The position numbers and the translations under genes were made by a program. The notes beneath the pieces are model-generated. The model did not search any database and was not told the origin of the DNA. It saw only the letters and a program-made list of their open reading frames with translations. A DNA stretch of 64,000 nucleotides. It comes from Ylistrum balloti. Lineage: Eukaryota. The stretch is taken from NCBI RefSeq assembly GCF_031769215.1, contig NW_026782979.1:1-64000 (forward strand), in the 5' to 3' direction. Below are positions 9,764-20,543 of this stretch, in pieces. Position 1 is the first letter of the stretch. Each line of letters opens with the position of its first letter.

Positions 9764-11242
9764 TTAAAAAACATATTTCAATCTAGCATAGACAAAATCG
9801 TTTTCGTTGAACTGCCCAAGTGGATTATGTTGTGTGCCAAATAGCAGATTAATACCTGTTTGTAGTTGCAGACCAAATGGAAAATCGTAAAACATTGATG
9901 GACCAACATAGGCATCACCAAGGTTTATATTCCAATAGCTACGAACCTCAAGCCAGAACTCAGGTTCAAATGGTTTTACTCGTATCACTCCCAATGTACT
10001 GACATTATAATTATCAATTAAGAATAGGTTTTGATGGGTCATAAATAAATTTCCGACCACTGACATTGTCCATAAAAAACGTTCATGTTGGAGCATGTCA
10101 AAACCGGCTAACAGTTGTACTGCTGGTACGTGTATCACCTCTAGCTTATCTGTATATAAACTCTGCTGAGACAAGGTACTGATCTCAAACCTTAACATTG
10201 CTAATGATAAGGGGACCGCTAGAGATACTGCTGTTCGTAATTGTCGTTTTGGTTGTTGATAAAAAAGTGGTGTCAGGTCTAAGTCTAATATTCCTTCATT
10301 TAACAGATTTCGAAATGTTAAGGATCGTAATGTTTGTAGAGGTGTTTTCCCAGTTTCCTGTTGCTCATCTTGAATCAGCTGAATTAGTTCTGGTGAGAAA
10401 ATAGGTAATGCTATATCTTCAAGTCCGTAAAAAATATATAGGTCGATATCTAGTTTTGAAAAATGATAACTAAATCTAGCACCTAGATCACCATTCAAAA
10501 AATTATCCTGTGGGGTCGTAATAAATCCTGGAGAAAAGTTCTGCTCGAGTGCACTGGCAATCAGGTTATCTTGGTTACCTTTTCTTAAACTTTCGAATGA
10601 GATAGGGTTCCAATCTGAATCGTTCTCTGGTAGGCGTGCAGGGCGATAAAATGGAATGACTACTAATTCTAATTCGTAACGTTGGCCATACTTTGTCCAG
10701 CGCACCATTGGTATTGGCCGCTTTTGAAACTCTTCTGGTATAAACAGGAATTCAGATAAGTCATCAGGGTTAAGTACATCAATAAGACTGGGTAGACCTC
10801 GCCCCCAACGTCGAATCTGCTGTCCTACTGCTAAGTCCCAACTAGAACCTTCCCAAACACCATATGCTTCCCACAATTCGGGAGTAAAACGTGCATGGCT
10901 CTGACCATTACTGCGAAAGATTTCATATTCCATCGCACCAGATACGGTGATCCGCCATTTATGTGTCTTTTTGAGAGACAGCTCTAATAAGAACCTACTA
11001 AGGAACTCTTGACGCCGTTCTCCGGGACGGTCTTTAGCAATATCACCATTCCAGCGCTGGTCAAGTAGCCCTCGATAGCCCGCTTTAAGTGTTTGCTTTG
11101 TTTCGGTATTGCCTAGTGGGTACCATGTCTGCGCCAAAAGATTCTGTGGGAATAACCATAGACCTACATAAAGGGAACTAAAAAATAGCCCCCTCCAAGA
11201 AGACGTTATAAACAGACGTAAGGTATACATAAACAGGTCCAT
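9764..11242 (-). CDS. DUF1302-like outer-membrane beta-barrel protein
   Basis: Signal peptide, ELWEAY, GQQIRRWG, DVLNPDDL, terminal aromatic (RLKYVF); next to a LolA-like gene. Confidence 0.65.
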   Translation of the reverse strand: MDLFMYTLRLFITSSWRGLFFSSLYVGLWLFPQNLLAQTWYPLGNTETKQTLKAGYRGLLDQRWNGDIAKDRPGERRQEFLSRFLLELSLKKTHKWRITVSGAMEYEIFRSNGQSHARFTPELWEAYGVWEGSSWDLAVGQQIRRWGRGLPSLIDVLNPDDLSEFLFIPEEFQKRPIPMVRWTKYGQRYELELVVIPFYRPARLPENDSDWNPISFESLRKGNQDNLIASALEQNFSPGFITTPQDNFLNGDLGARFSYHFSKLDIDLYIFYGLEDIALPIFSPELIQLIQDEQQETGKTPLQTLRSLTFRNLLNEGILDLDLTPLFYQQPKRQLRTAVSLAVPLSLAMLRFEISTLSQQSLYTDKLEVIHVPAVQLLAGFDMLQHERFLWTMSVVGNLFMTHQNLFLIDNYNVSTLGVIRVKPFEPEFWLEVRSYWNINLGDAYVGPSMFYDFPFGLQLQTGINLLFGTQHNPLGQFNENDFVYARLKYVF

Positions 11243-11254
11243 ACCTTACCTGTG

Positions 11255-12049
11255 TTATCCATCTTTCATGCGACGCAGGGTAAAAAAGTCGCTAGGGAAC
11301 TCCAGGTTATTTTTTTGTTCTAAAACTTCTAATACTGTCGCATGTTTTTTTATAAGATCTTGCATACGTGTTTTAGTTGCAATCCAATACCCGTCAATTT
11401 TAGTCAGCTGTTCAACCGTTAAGACTTTTTGTAATTTTTTACCCTGATAGAATTCAATTTTTTGCGGTATATAGGTATCTTTCTGAATCCATTGAATCAA
11501 CTTTGTATACTTCGAATTTGCTTCTGGCTTTGGTTGTGATTCAATTATCCAATGGTCTTGGTCTTGCCATTTCTTTTCACCTATGAGTTCATAATGCCAC
11601 TTGTTAGGGTCTTGTTTCTCGAAATCTGCAAAGGTAAAATCAGTTCCTAGGAAACGATGATGTCTCTGTCTACTACTAATTCGTTTGGGTTCTTGCCTGA
11701 GTGATGGTAGATAGAGCCACTGTTCACTAGATGATTTTTTATTTTCCTGTACAAGCAATGTGACACCTGCAACATTTTTTGGCTCCACAAAACGTAGTAA
11801 TGTTTGTATTCCTGCTTCGGTTTTTGCGATAAAAAGCTCAACTGTACGTGTTTTTTCGTAGTTTTTTGCTGTACGCTGTCGAATTAAATGCATTTTGAGT
11901 TTGACAGCACTTGACTTGGGTGTTGACTGTCGATTAACTTCACTGATAATTGCGTCAGCTGTCTCTGTTACTTGAGTCTTAGCTATTTCTGTTGCCTGAG
12001 CACCAGAAGTAAGTGTCATCAAGATAATGATCAAGAGAACTGGTTGCAT
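11255..12049 (-). CDS. Outer-membrane lipoprotein-sorting (LolA-like/DUF1329) protein
   Basis: TLLRFVEPKNVAGVTLL, QWLYLPSL, FLGTDFTFADF, PQKIEFY. Confidence 0.85.
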   Translation of the reverse strand: MQPVLLIIILMTLTSGAQATEIAKTQVTETADAIISEVNRQSTPKSSAVKLKMHLIRQRTAKNYEKTRTVELFIAKTEAGIQTLLRFVEPKNVAGVTLLVQENKKSSSEQWLYLPSLRQEPKRISSRQRHHRFLGTDFTFADFEKQDPNKWHYELIGEKKWQDQDHWIIESQPKPEANSKYTKLIQWIQKDTYIPQKIEFYQGKKLQKVLTVEQLTKIDGYWIATKTRMQDLIKKHATVLEVLEQKNNLEFPSDFFTLRRMKDG

Positions 12050-12089
12050 AAGTACCTCCTACTATCTGCATCTCCCTTTGCCCTATAAA

Positions 12090-12578
12090 TTATATTTTAT
12101 TAAACCGACGACGTAACCTTTTAACTTTCGGATTAATAATTACTTTTTCTGGTGGTAGTAGGTACCACTTATCTTCAACTTTGCGCCAACTTGTTTGGAC
12201 ATCCACACAGCGTGGAATCCAGACATACCAACGTCCACAAATTTCTAGTTCAGCAACGGCATAGCCGTAGACCTCATCTAATTCTTGTAGGTCCCATGTT
12301 AGCCTACGAATTTTATAATCTATGATACGTGCCTGTTTAACAAGGGCAATTAAGTTTAATAAGAACAGATCTCTGCCTTCTGTGTCTAAAAAAAGCGGAC
12401 TTAGGTAGTTACTAATTTCTTTGTGCCGTATATGTTTCCCACGTAAGACATCAGAAACATATGTCATCTCTTTATTGAGGTCTATATTGCTCTCTTCTGC
12501 CCCGCTAGAAACTGGTTGCACGCATAGTATCATTGCGACAAAAACAATCCAGAACAGACTTTTTTTCATAATAATCAT
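12090..12578 (-). CDS. Hypothetical exported protein
   Basis: Signal peptide; co-oriented with the upstream operon; C-terminal WRKVEDKWYL is NTF2-like. Confidence 0.6.
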   Translation of the reverse strand: MIIMKKSLFWIVFVAMILCVQPVSSGAEESNIDLNKEMTYVSDVLRGKHIRHKEISNYLSPLFLDTEGRDLFLLNLIALVKQARIIDYKIRRLTWDLQELDEVYGYAVAELEICGRWYVWIPRCVDVQTSWRKVEDKWYLLPPEKVIINPKVKRLRRRFNKI

Positions 12579-12686
12579 CAGTATTCGTGATTAGGGGTTA
12601 AGCCAGTATTCATGGTAACAAACTGCTTCAGGTTATGCTGAAATATGCTATTTAGCTATAAGTTTCTCGTTTTTAGCATCTTAACC

Positions 12687-13874
12687 TTAACGAACACGGC
12701 ACAAGACAAATTTTAAATAATGCCCTTCTGGAAAACTAGGAATGACAGGATGATCTAAACCTGCCCCACGTTCACAAAGGATCTGTAACCGTTTACCTGT
12801 TTGTTGAACACTCTCATCAATGAGTTCACGAAATAGTTGCATCGTAATATGGCTAGAACAACTTGAGGCTGCAAGTAGACCTTTTTCACTTAAGAGTTGA
12901 CAGGCAGATCTAAATAAGCGGCGATACGCCCGCTTTGCATTGGGTAAGCTCTTTTGATTTGGAGCAAAGCTAGGCGGATCAATAATGACCAAATCAAATT
13001 TTTTTTGTTCTTGTCTAGCTGATTCAAACCAGTTAAAAGCATCTTCAGCTATAAATCCGTATTCATTAGGTGATAATCCATTGAGGATAAAATTTTGCTC
13101 TGCTGCTTTGATTGCGTTCGTACTAATATCAACACTTTCGACATACGTCGCCCCCCCTAAAGCTGCGGCAAGGCTAAAACCTCCTGTATAGGAAAAAAGG
13201 TTAGCAACTCGCAGCCCAGCTGCTAAATCAAATACTAAGCGCCGATTTTCTCGTTGGTCAACAAACCACCCTGTTTTTTGACCTTGGAGGACATCTACTT
13301 CCATATGCCAGGCATATTCTTGACAGCTAAATGGTTCGGGCTGTTGACCAAGAAGGAGTTCCCAACGTGGACCTTGAGCACCTCGGGAACGACGATGGAC
13401 AATTGTCTGAATATTTTTAAGTTGTGGCGTGTTGATAATTGCCTGCTGTAAATAAGGAAGCCTTTCCTCTGCAGCCCTACCGTCACTACGCACAACAAGG
13501 ATATGGCGATACTGATCAATGGCCCATCCTGGTAAACCATCTGCTTCACCATGAACTAGCCGAAAGGCTTCAACATTTTTTGCTATTAGGCTTTGTCTTA
13601 ATTGAATTGCAGAGACCAATCGTTCTTGAATCAGTGCACTATCTGGTATTTGCTGTTCGTCTAAACTCCAAACTCTAGCAGCAATGGGATGGCCAGGATC
13701 ATAAATTGCCCACGCAACAAAACCATTTTTATCTATTAAGCGTACAGGAGCCCCGACAGAAAGTTGAGGCTGATTATCTATAGCACTCTGGTAAACCCAT
13801 GGGTGCCCAGCTTCAATCTTAGAGCGTAATTGTTTTTTAAGTTTCAGGCTGGCTGCTTGCTCTATCATAGACAT
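12687..13874 (-). CDS. Class I SAM-dependent rRNA methyltransferase, RlmI-like (PUA + MTase)
   Basis: GHPWVY, GEADGLPG, GQKTGWFVDQRENR, NLFSYTGGF, DPPSF. Confidence 0.9.
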   Translation of the reverse strand: MSMIEQAASLKLKKQLRSKIEAGHPWVYQSAIDNQPQLSVGAPVRLIDKNGFVAWAIYDPGHPIAARVWSLDEQQIPDSALIQERLVSAIQLRQSLIAKNVEAFRLVHGEADGLPGWAIDQYRHILVVRSDGRAAEERLPYLQQAIINTPQLKNIQTIVHRRSRGAQGPRWELLLGQQPEPFSCQEYAWHMEVDVLQGQKTGWFVDQRENRRLVFDLAAGLRVANLFSYTGGFSLAAALGGATYVESVDISTNAIKAAEQNFILNGLSPNEYGFIAEDAFNWFESARQEQKKFDLVIIDPPSFAPNQKSLPNAKRAYRRLFRSACQLLSEKGLLAASSCSSHITMQLFRELIDESVQQTGKRLQILCERGAGLDHPVIPSFPEGHYLKFVLCRVR

Positions 13875-13886
13875 GTGTATTAACCT

Positions 13887-14603
13887 TTAGTTTTTGTCCT
13901 TAGTCAATGGTTCAGGGAGGTAGTCTTTTGCTAAATTGTGTGGACTTACGTTGAACAGGAAATAACGTATTTCAATCCGTTTATTTTTTACGATACGCTT
14001 GAGAATGCCTTCACGTTCATAACGACGGGCATCTGTAGTAATCGTTTGTGTTAACAGTTCTATTTTACGTCCAGCTTGTTTAATAGCTTGGCATAACGCG
14101 ACATCCTCCATAATTGGGTATGGCAAAAAGCCACCGATTTGTTCATATAGCTCTCGAGTTAAAAAGAGGCCTTGATCACCATAGGGAAGTCCAGAAAACA
14201 AATTACGTATTCTTACTCCCCATTCGACCAATCGGTAGCGGTATGCGGAATGGTCGATTTTTAGACGAAAAGCTCCCGCATTGCCACGTGCGATCACCGG
14301 TGTCATCACCGCAAGAGGGTCAAAAGGCGGCACAGAATCAGCATGGATGATCCAAAGAACAGGTCGAGAACTCGCTTGCACACCAGTAGCAAGCTGTGGC
14401 CCACGACCGCCATGACGAGATACGACATTGGCCCCGAATGCACGAGCAATGGTCATTGTTTCGTCTTTACTACCACCATCCGCAATAATATATTCAGATC
14501 CTACTAGTAACTGTAAAGATTGAAGTAATTTTTCAATCCGAGTAGCTTCATTGAAAGTCGGTATAATTATGCTAAGATCTTGGGCTTTCATCTTTGATGT
14601 CAT
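13887..14603 (-). CDS. GT2 glycosyltransferase (TIGR04283-like)
   Basis: SIIIPTFNEA, IADGGSKD, IHADS, LPYGDQGLF, PIMEDV. Confidence 0.85.
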   Translation of the reverse strand: MTSKMKAQDLSIIIPTFNEATRIEKLLQSLQLLVGSEYIIADGGSKDETMTIARAFGANVVSRHGGRGPQLATGVQASSRPVLWIIHADSVPPFDPLAVMTPVIARGNAGAFRLKIDHSAYRYRLVEWGVRIRNLFSGLPYGDQGLFLTRELYEQIGGFLPYPIMEDVALCQAIKQAGRKIELLTQTITTDARRYEREGILKRIVKNKRIEIRYFLFNVSPHNLAKDYLPEPLTKDKN

Positions 14604-14787
14604 TTTTGCTAGTTCATTGTTACAGGTTTAATTTTCTGATGCTGAGGTTCTTGTCAGCACCTTGTATTTTCCCTTATTACAAACCATTATCTTTCATAGT
14701 ATTTGCTGCCTCACGAATTATTTTATTTTGTAAACATTTCTTCTCCGAAATGGGTTGCCTTGACAGTAAAGGACTTCTTTAGAGACC

Positions 14788-15984
14788 ATGACTACTATGC
14801 CTAGATTTAGACAGCTCTTGACGTTTAGTTGCTTACTCTCTGTTATTACCTTACTTGCGTGTGAAGGTCAAAAAACAGATTTGAATACGAACAACATAAA
14901 TCATTTTTCTGCAGCTTATATTCCAGAGTCGACTGCCGTTCAGGTTAGCTGGTTGCCTCTCTTATCTAACCAGATTGAACAATTTGAAGTCTTACGCGAC
15001 TCACTTCGAACAGCTAGGATAACAGCACCGGTAACAACGAATACACTAAAAACATATGATTTTGTTACTGCTGCTGCATTTACGTTTGACGACTTTAAAA
15101 TTGAACCAGGCTACCGCTATAGCTATCAATTAAAGGCTCATTTTTTTGACAAGTCTATGGAGACAACATCACCAATTGTTTGGGTTGATGTACCAGCAAA
15201 GTCCCTGACTGGCACAACATTTCCTGAAGCATCTACAGACCTCTGTAGTCTTGTGACAGGAGAAACAACTTATAATCGTTTAACCCTACAAGATAATCGT
15301 TTTAGACAAACAGCAGCAGTCGCTGCTACGAACCCCAGTGTCAGGCTTCAAGCTTATTTTTCAGAGACACGTCGCGCTCGTGCGGAGTGGCGTATCTACC
15401 ACCAGCAACAAATGTTGACACCAACCGCTGGCCAGCTACTTGGTGATCCTATTGAATTTACAATTTCGAAAGAGACTTGTCTGTTTCGTATGATTACCTT
15501 ATATGATGCATATGAACAACCGCTAACAGACGCTCTGACTGATGAAACCTACGCATTTTCACTGGAGCTACGCCTTTTTGGCATAGGCTCAAATAGTGAT
15601 CAATTGCTTTCTCCGGTACAGCGTCTTGTTTTTCCAAATCAAGAAGGCAAAGAATTTATCGACATTAATAATATTACACCTGAGCCAGCTGCTGTTTTAC
15701 GACCAGGTCGACAGAGTTTTCAAACAAACTTTATGTATCACCTAGAACGTGTCGACGGTCTAATTCTTAGTGGACATATTGTCGCTGTTGATCAAAACGG
15801 TAATACGGAAATGCTAGATATCCAGTCTTATGAATTAGAGGATCTTGAGGGTTCAGTCCTATACACAGCTACAGTTACGATTCCTGAAGATACTGTTTTG
15901 ATTCGGTTGATTGCCCAAACAGGAACGGGAGCAATTGATAATGCTATTGTGCAAGATGAGCTTAATTATGCTGTCTTACCGTAA
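14788..15984 (+). CDS. Lipoprotein with FN3-like domain
   Basis: Lipobox LLAC; VQVSW ... FDDFKIEPGYRYSYQL is FN3-like. Confidence 0.65.
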   Translation: MTTMPRFRQLLTFSCLLSVITLLACEGQKTDLNTNNINHFSAAYIPESTAVQVSWLPLLSNQIEQFEVLRDSLRTARITAPVTTNTLKTYDFVTAAAFTFDDFKIEPGYRYSYQLKAHFFDKSMETTSPIVWVDVPAKSLTGTTFPEASTDLCSLVTGETTYNRLTLQDNRFRQTAAVAATNPSVRLQAYFSETRRARAEWRIYHQQQMLTPTAGQLLGDPIEFTISKETCLFRMITLYDAYEQPLTDALTDETYAFSLELRLFGIGSNSDQLLSPVQRLVFPNQEGKEFIDINNITPEPAAVLRPGRQSFQTNFMYHLERVDGLILSGHIVAVDQNGNTEMLDIQSYELEDLEGSVLYTATVTIPEDTVLIRLIAQTGTGAIDNAIVQDELNYAVLP

Positions 15985-18880
15985 AACAAATTTGTTTTAT
16001 CTAACTTCGGTTGTTGCATGGTTTCTATTTATACCTAGTTGTAATAATGCCAATACGCAGTGTATCTCTACAGCTAATGAAGTTTGTGACCCCCTTTTAC
16101 AACCACCTGCCTTTGTTACAGCAACACTATCTCAAACAGGGAGTATCTTATTTTCGTGGCTTGACACGAATAGTGGTAACCAGGAAGAAGAGGGATATTT
16201 GCTTGAACGTAGATTGCCAAATACAGATAATTGGGCTCTCATCAATATCTATCCAACAGGAACAACAACAGGAGTAGATACAACAGCGGCAGATGATACG
16301 TCCTACTTTTATCGTATTGTTGCCTTCCGTCAAGGCATAACGCGCCCAGCTCCTGAAATACGTGTTGACTTTCCGTCCCAGACACCACCAGAGACAACAC
16401 TCTTATTTCATCCGCCACGTTTAACCCTAAGTAGTGAAGCAAGTTTTGTTGTTGCCAATAGTGAAGACCTCGGTTCATTTCAATGTTCGCGTATCATTAG
16501 CGGTGGTCGTCTACAAACGATTAGATGTGAGGCTAGTCCCGGTTGTATTTTACGTGGAGAGATCTGTCGAACAACATTTACATTATCTAATTTAGCAACG
16601 GGTCAACATCGTGTTTCTATTACCGCTGTAGATACTGCCGGAAAACAAGATCCAACACCTATTGAGTTTAGTTGGAAAGTTGATGACCAACCACCGCAGC
16701 TAGCGTTAACTCAAACACCAGAAGTAGTAACCAGTCAAGATACGGTCACATTTGGGTTTAACTCTGACGACGACCAGGCAAGCTATTCTTGTATGGTTGA
16801 TAGTTTTGGCATGCTACCAACTGTTGGCCCGGTCTCTTGCTCTCCAGAAGAAGGTTTTTCTACCGCCTTTGGTCAATCAGGTATTAGACGGCGCTTCGCT
16901 GTATCCGCAACTGACTTATTGGGAAATACAACCACAGAAATATTCGATTTTTACACAGACAGGCAGCCACCAGAAATTTTATTCCCCTCACCCAATACAA
17001 CGTCCCGACAACCGTCGGGCAGCGTTATATCTTACGTGGTCATTAATGACAGTGATACAGACCCCGCATCAACATCTTTAAGTCAGACTGAATCTGTCAA
17101 ATGTACTTGGAAAAATCTTGTTACGAACTCTATCATTGATTTTCTACCTAACTGCCTACCCAATTATGTTAAAGGTCAGCTAAGGCCTGTACCAATTAAT
17201 AATAATGAATTTAATCAAGATGGTTTTTTCTCTTTGTCGATCACAGCAACAGATTTTGTTGGAAATACGACAACAGCAACTTTTGAATGGCAGCATGATG
17301 GAATACAACCGACATTAACATTTGTCACAACACCAGTAGATTACCGTATGCCTCCATCGCAGTTGGGTAATCCAACAACCGTATTTTCTAGTTTTTTGGA
17401 TTACTATTATCAGGCGACAAATGCTGCCCATACAGTAACAACAGCAACAGATATTATTCAACAGTTTTATTGCAGTTGGACGGGAACAAACGCTTTTACA
17501 AGCCAACAATGTGATGATTTTATTTTTATTGCTGGTAATGCGCGTAGTGTGACAACAATACCTGACTTCTACCAATTTACGGTTACTGGTGTTGATTTAG
17601 CTGGTAATATTTCGGCTCCTGTAACACATATTGTACGCGTTGATTATCCTGCTTATAGCAATAATATTTGTGATGCTGCTGGTAATGCAATTGTGATCAA
17701 ACGCTTTGATCCTTTACCAACAGGTAAGCGGTCTCCACTTGGCGGTGGGAGATTTGCAATGGTTATTGACGATGACACGTCTGCCGGGGGGATTAATCCG
17801 TTAACAGATTATATTTATAATGCGGTTGAGTTTGGGAATACTGTTCCGAATAGAGGTGGTGTTGAGCTACAATACCGTGCAGAAAGTACAGTAGCAACAA
17901 CCTACCAACTTTGGGGAAACCCACGTAAACAAGATGCTGGTACATTAGAAATTCCTCTAACACCTTTGCCAAATATTAGCTGTGATAATGCCTACACAAC
18001 TGTTGCGAATCATCTGGGAGAATCAGAGCAACTACAACCTTGGCAATTAGAAGCATCGCTACGTACAGGCGTTAGCAACTTCCCAGATACATTCTCTGCT
18101 GTTGCCCGTTTTTGGTTGGGCATGGCTGTTCCAGACCAAGATTATCTAATTATCCGCCAAAAACACCCTGACCATAACTGGCTACCCGAAGCGGGCCAGT
18201 TATGGCAATTTCGTTTTTTGGTTGGTGTGCGTTCACTAGCTACCGTACCAACAACTGTTGCAGTTCATCTTGAAGTGCCTAATGTGACAGAAGGCTATAC
18301 TGCTGGTGCCCCCCAAATTACAGGGACACAGGATAGGATAGCCTCTAACTATTATGAGTGGAATAACTTACTATTTAATAATCAAAATGAAACGCTTGTC
18401 GATTTATTTGCGGAAGCTCCACATTGTGTAGGCATGGCTCAAATACGTGTACAAGCATTAGATAATAGTAATAACGTCATATTAGAAGATTTTGCTCGCT
18501 TTGCTATTAGTGATAGCGTTAGTGGACAAGATCTACGTGAGCCCAATAGCATCATAGCACCAGCAGGCCCGTATCCATTAACAGACGGTATTGATTTATC
18601 TAATTTACGTTTAGAGAACGCTTCGCCTGAGGACAGCTATCGTTTAACACCAATAAGGTACGGTTCCCCTTTAACCGTTGAAATACGAGAGCGTTCTGCA
18701 ACAGGTGAAGAGCTCTATATTGCCATCCTTGAAAATGGCACAGCTGTTACTGATATAACGACAGCTATAGGCTTAGTTCAACTTGAGACAACACCATCCA
18801 TAGGCAATACCTACGACGTCAGTGTAACCGCAGCAACTATCAGTCGTTGTCTACGTTATCGTCTACGAGCTTGGCAGTAA
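15911..18880 (+). CDS. Large surface protein with FN3 and Ig-like repeats
   Basis: Signal or lipoprotein segment (true start probably downstream of 15911). FN3 (FSWLD...YLLERR...YFYRIVA). Repeated D.xPP...A.D.AGN Ig-like units. Confidence 0.7.
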   Translation: MPKQEREQLIMLLCKMSLIMLSYRKTNLFYLTSVVAWFLFIPSCNNANTQCISTANEVCDPLLQPPAFVTATLSQTGSILFSWLDTNSGNQEEEGYLLERRLPNTDNWALINIYPTGTTTGVDTTAADDTSYFYRIVAFRQGITRPAPEIRVDFPSQTPPETTLLFHPPRLTLSSEASFVVANSEDLGSFQCSRIISGGRLQTIRCEASPGCILRGEICRTTFTLSNLATGQHRVSITAVDTAGKQDPTPIEFSWKVDDQPPQLALTQTPEVVTSQDTVTFGFNSDDDQASYSCMVDSFGMLPTVGPVSCSPEEGFSTAFGQSGIRRRFAVSATDLLGNTTTEIFDFYTDRQPPEILFPSPNTTSRQPSGSVISYVVINDSDTDPASTSLSQTESVKCTWKNLVTNSIIDFLPNCLPNYVKGQLRPVPINNNEFNQDGFFSLSITATDFVGNTTTATFEWQHDGIQPTLTFVTTPVDYRMPPSQLGNPTTVFSSFLDYYYQATNAAHTVTTATDIIQQFYCSWTGTNAFTSQQCDDFIFIAGNARSVTTIPDFYQFTVTGVDLAGNISAPVTHIVRVDYPAYSNNICDAAGNAIVIKRFDPLPTGKRSPLGGGRFAMVIDDDTSAGGINPLTDYIYNAVEFGNTVPNRGGVELQYRAESTVATTYQLWGNPRKQDAGTLEIPLTPLPNISCDNAYTTVANHLGESEQLQPWQLEASLRTGVSNFPDTFSAVARFWLGMAVPDQDYLIIRQKHPDHNWLPEAGQLWQFRFLVGVRSLATVPTTVAVHLEVPNVTEGYTAGAPQITGTQDRIASNYYEWNNLLFNNQNETLVDLFAEAPHCVGMAQIRVQALDNSNNVILEDFARFAISDSVSGQDLREPNSIIAPAGPYPLTDGIDLSNLRLENASPEDSYRLTPIRYGSPLTVEIRERSATGEELYIAILENGTAVTDITTAIGLVQLETTPSIGNTYDVSVTAATISRCLRYRLRAWQ

Positions 18881-18909
18881 ATAGAATAGTCCTCGTATCC
18901 TTAATAGGA

Positions 18910-19511
18910 TTAATTTTTTGCCTCAATTTCACTCATAGGTAATGGCTGGTGTACCCATTTTTTCGGGATATTTTTCAAGTCAGCGTCTGGTGTGAAGTAG
19001 TAATCGTAGATAGTATCAGCAACATGTCTACCAAAAACACGAGTGTCTTCCCTGGTAATCCAGTGATCTAAACCAGCTTTACCATAGACTGTCTCTAGTG
19101 TTATGGCTAAGACTTTAGAACCGGCATTTCTCCACCACCACGTTTCAGGAAAAAAGCTATTTAAAAATGTTGCACCCCCCTCTGTTGGAGGGGCTAAAAT
19201 AGGACTTTTTTGGGCAAGAATAGAAATTAAGCGTAGTTGTTTGTTCCATAATGTTATTTGATCGGTTGTATACGTTTGTGGATTACTACCAAAATGCGGG
19301 AAGAAAAAAGGAGGTGTATCTGGTTCTGAGTTAGAAGAATGTAAATTTAATGCGATAACATCAGTAACTGGACTAAAACTCAAGTCATCGATAATATCAA
19401 CCATGTGCGGATCATTTAAATAATGATTCTCAATTGGTGCTGTAGCAGAAAGAAATAGAGGATACGCTGTCTCAAACTTCCAGGCTACTTCGAGATTGTA
19501 CTTTGTTGATT
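18910..19511 (-). pseudogene. 5'-truncated host gene interrupted at the IS3 left end
   Basis: The frame of track ORF 18910..19404 stays open upstream (STKYNLEVAWKFETAYPLF...) right to the IS boundary at 19511, with no native start. Confidence 0.6.
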
Positions 19512-19563
19512 TGGAGTTACCCTAAAGCTGTAGACACTCTAAATTTAGAAAAAGGAGTGTTAA

Positions 19564-19836
19564 ATGTCGAATCAGAAGTACAGCCAGGAATTCAAAATAG
19601 AAGCAGTGCGCCAAGTCACAGAGCAAGGTTACAGCGTTGTTGAAGTATCGATGCGCCTAGGCATCTCTGATAAAAGCCTATATGCCTGGCTAAAAGATAG
19701 CCGCTTTAATTGTGTACAGAAAGATAATCCCGACAAACAAGAAATACAAAAACTGAAGCTTGAGGTACGTCGCTTAACTCAGGAGCGTGACATCCTAAAA
19801 AAGGCCGCAACGTACTTTGCCAAACTGTCAGAGTAA
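19564..19836 (+). CDS. IS3 OrfA (HTH)
   Basis: KYSQEFKIEAVRQV...EVSMRLGISDKSLYAW...ERDILKKAATYF. Confidence 0.95.
   Translation: MSNQKYSQEFKIEAVRQVTEQGYSVVEVSMRLGISDKSLYAWLKDSRFNCVQKDNPDKQEIQKLKLEVRRLTQERDILKKAATYFAKLSE
19797..19803 (+). other. IS3 -1 programmed frameshift site A AAA AAG
   Basis: In-frame X XXY YYZ heptamer. The -1 frame (KKGRNVLCQTVRVKYVFIK) runs into orfB. Confidence 0.85.
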
Positions 19837-19841
19837 AGTAC

Positions 19842-20543
19842 GTGTTTATCAAAAATCATCAAAAGACGTTTCCTGTCACCGCAATGTGTCGTGTCTTGCA
19901 AGTACATCGCAGTGGCTTTTATGCCTGGCTAAAACAGCCACAGTCAAACAGAGCTATCGAAAATAAAAAGCTGCTGGCAATGATCAAGAAGTCTTATCAA
20001 GAATCAGGTTGTACTTATGGAAGCCCACGTATCTATCAAGACTTACGGGCAATGGGTATTAAGATAAGTAAGAATCGAATTGCTCGTCTAATGAGAAGAG
20101 CAGGCATCGTTGCCAAGTATAGCTACAAGAAACGTAAGTTTATCTACAGTAAGCCATCGGTAGTGGCGCCCAACCTTGTCAAGCAACAATTTGATGTATC
20201 TGCTCCTAATCAGATATGGGCTACAGATATCTCATATGTGCGTACCAAGCAAGGGTGGCTATATATTTCAGTGGTATTAGATTTGTATTCACGGCTGGTG
20301 ATAGGTTGGTCGATGCAGTCACGGCAGAAAAGAGATTTGGTATTAGCTGCGTTATTAATGGCATTAAGTAGAAGAAGGCCAGAATCACAAGTGATTATTC
20401 ATTCAGATCAAGGGAGTCAATTTACCAGTTATGAATGGTTAAACTTTTTAAAGGATCATAATTTGGTAGCGAGTATGAGTGGTCGAGGCAATTGTTATGA
20501 CAATGCGGTAGTAGAATCATTTTTCAGCGCTCAGATATATTGA
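19842..20543 (+). pseudogene. IS3 OrfB DDE transposase, C-terminus disrupted
   Basis: WATDISY, HSDQGSQF, CYDNAVVESFF. The expected C-terminal peptides (KKERI, RVYETR, ADIFDYIE, MFYNR) lie downstream in pieces separated by short insertions. Confidence 0.85.
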
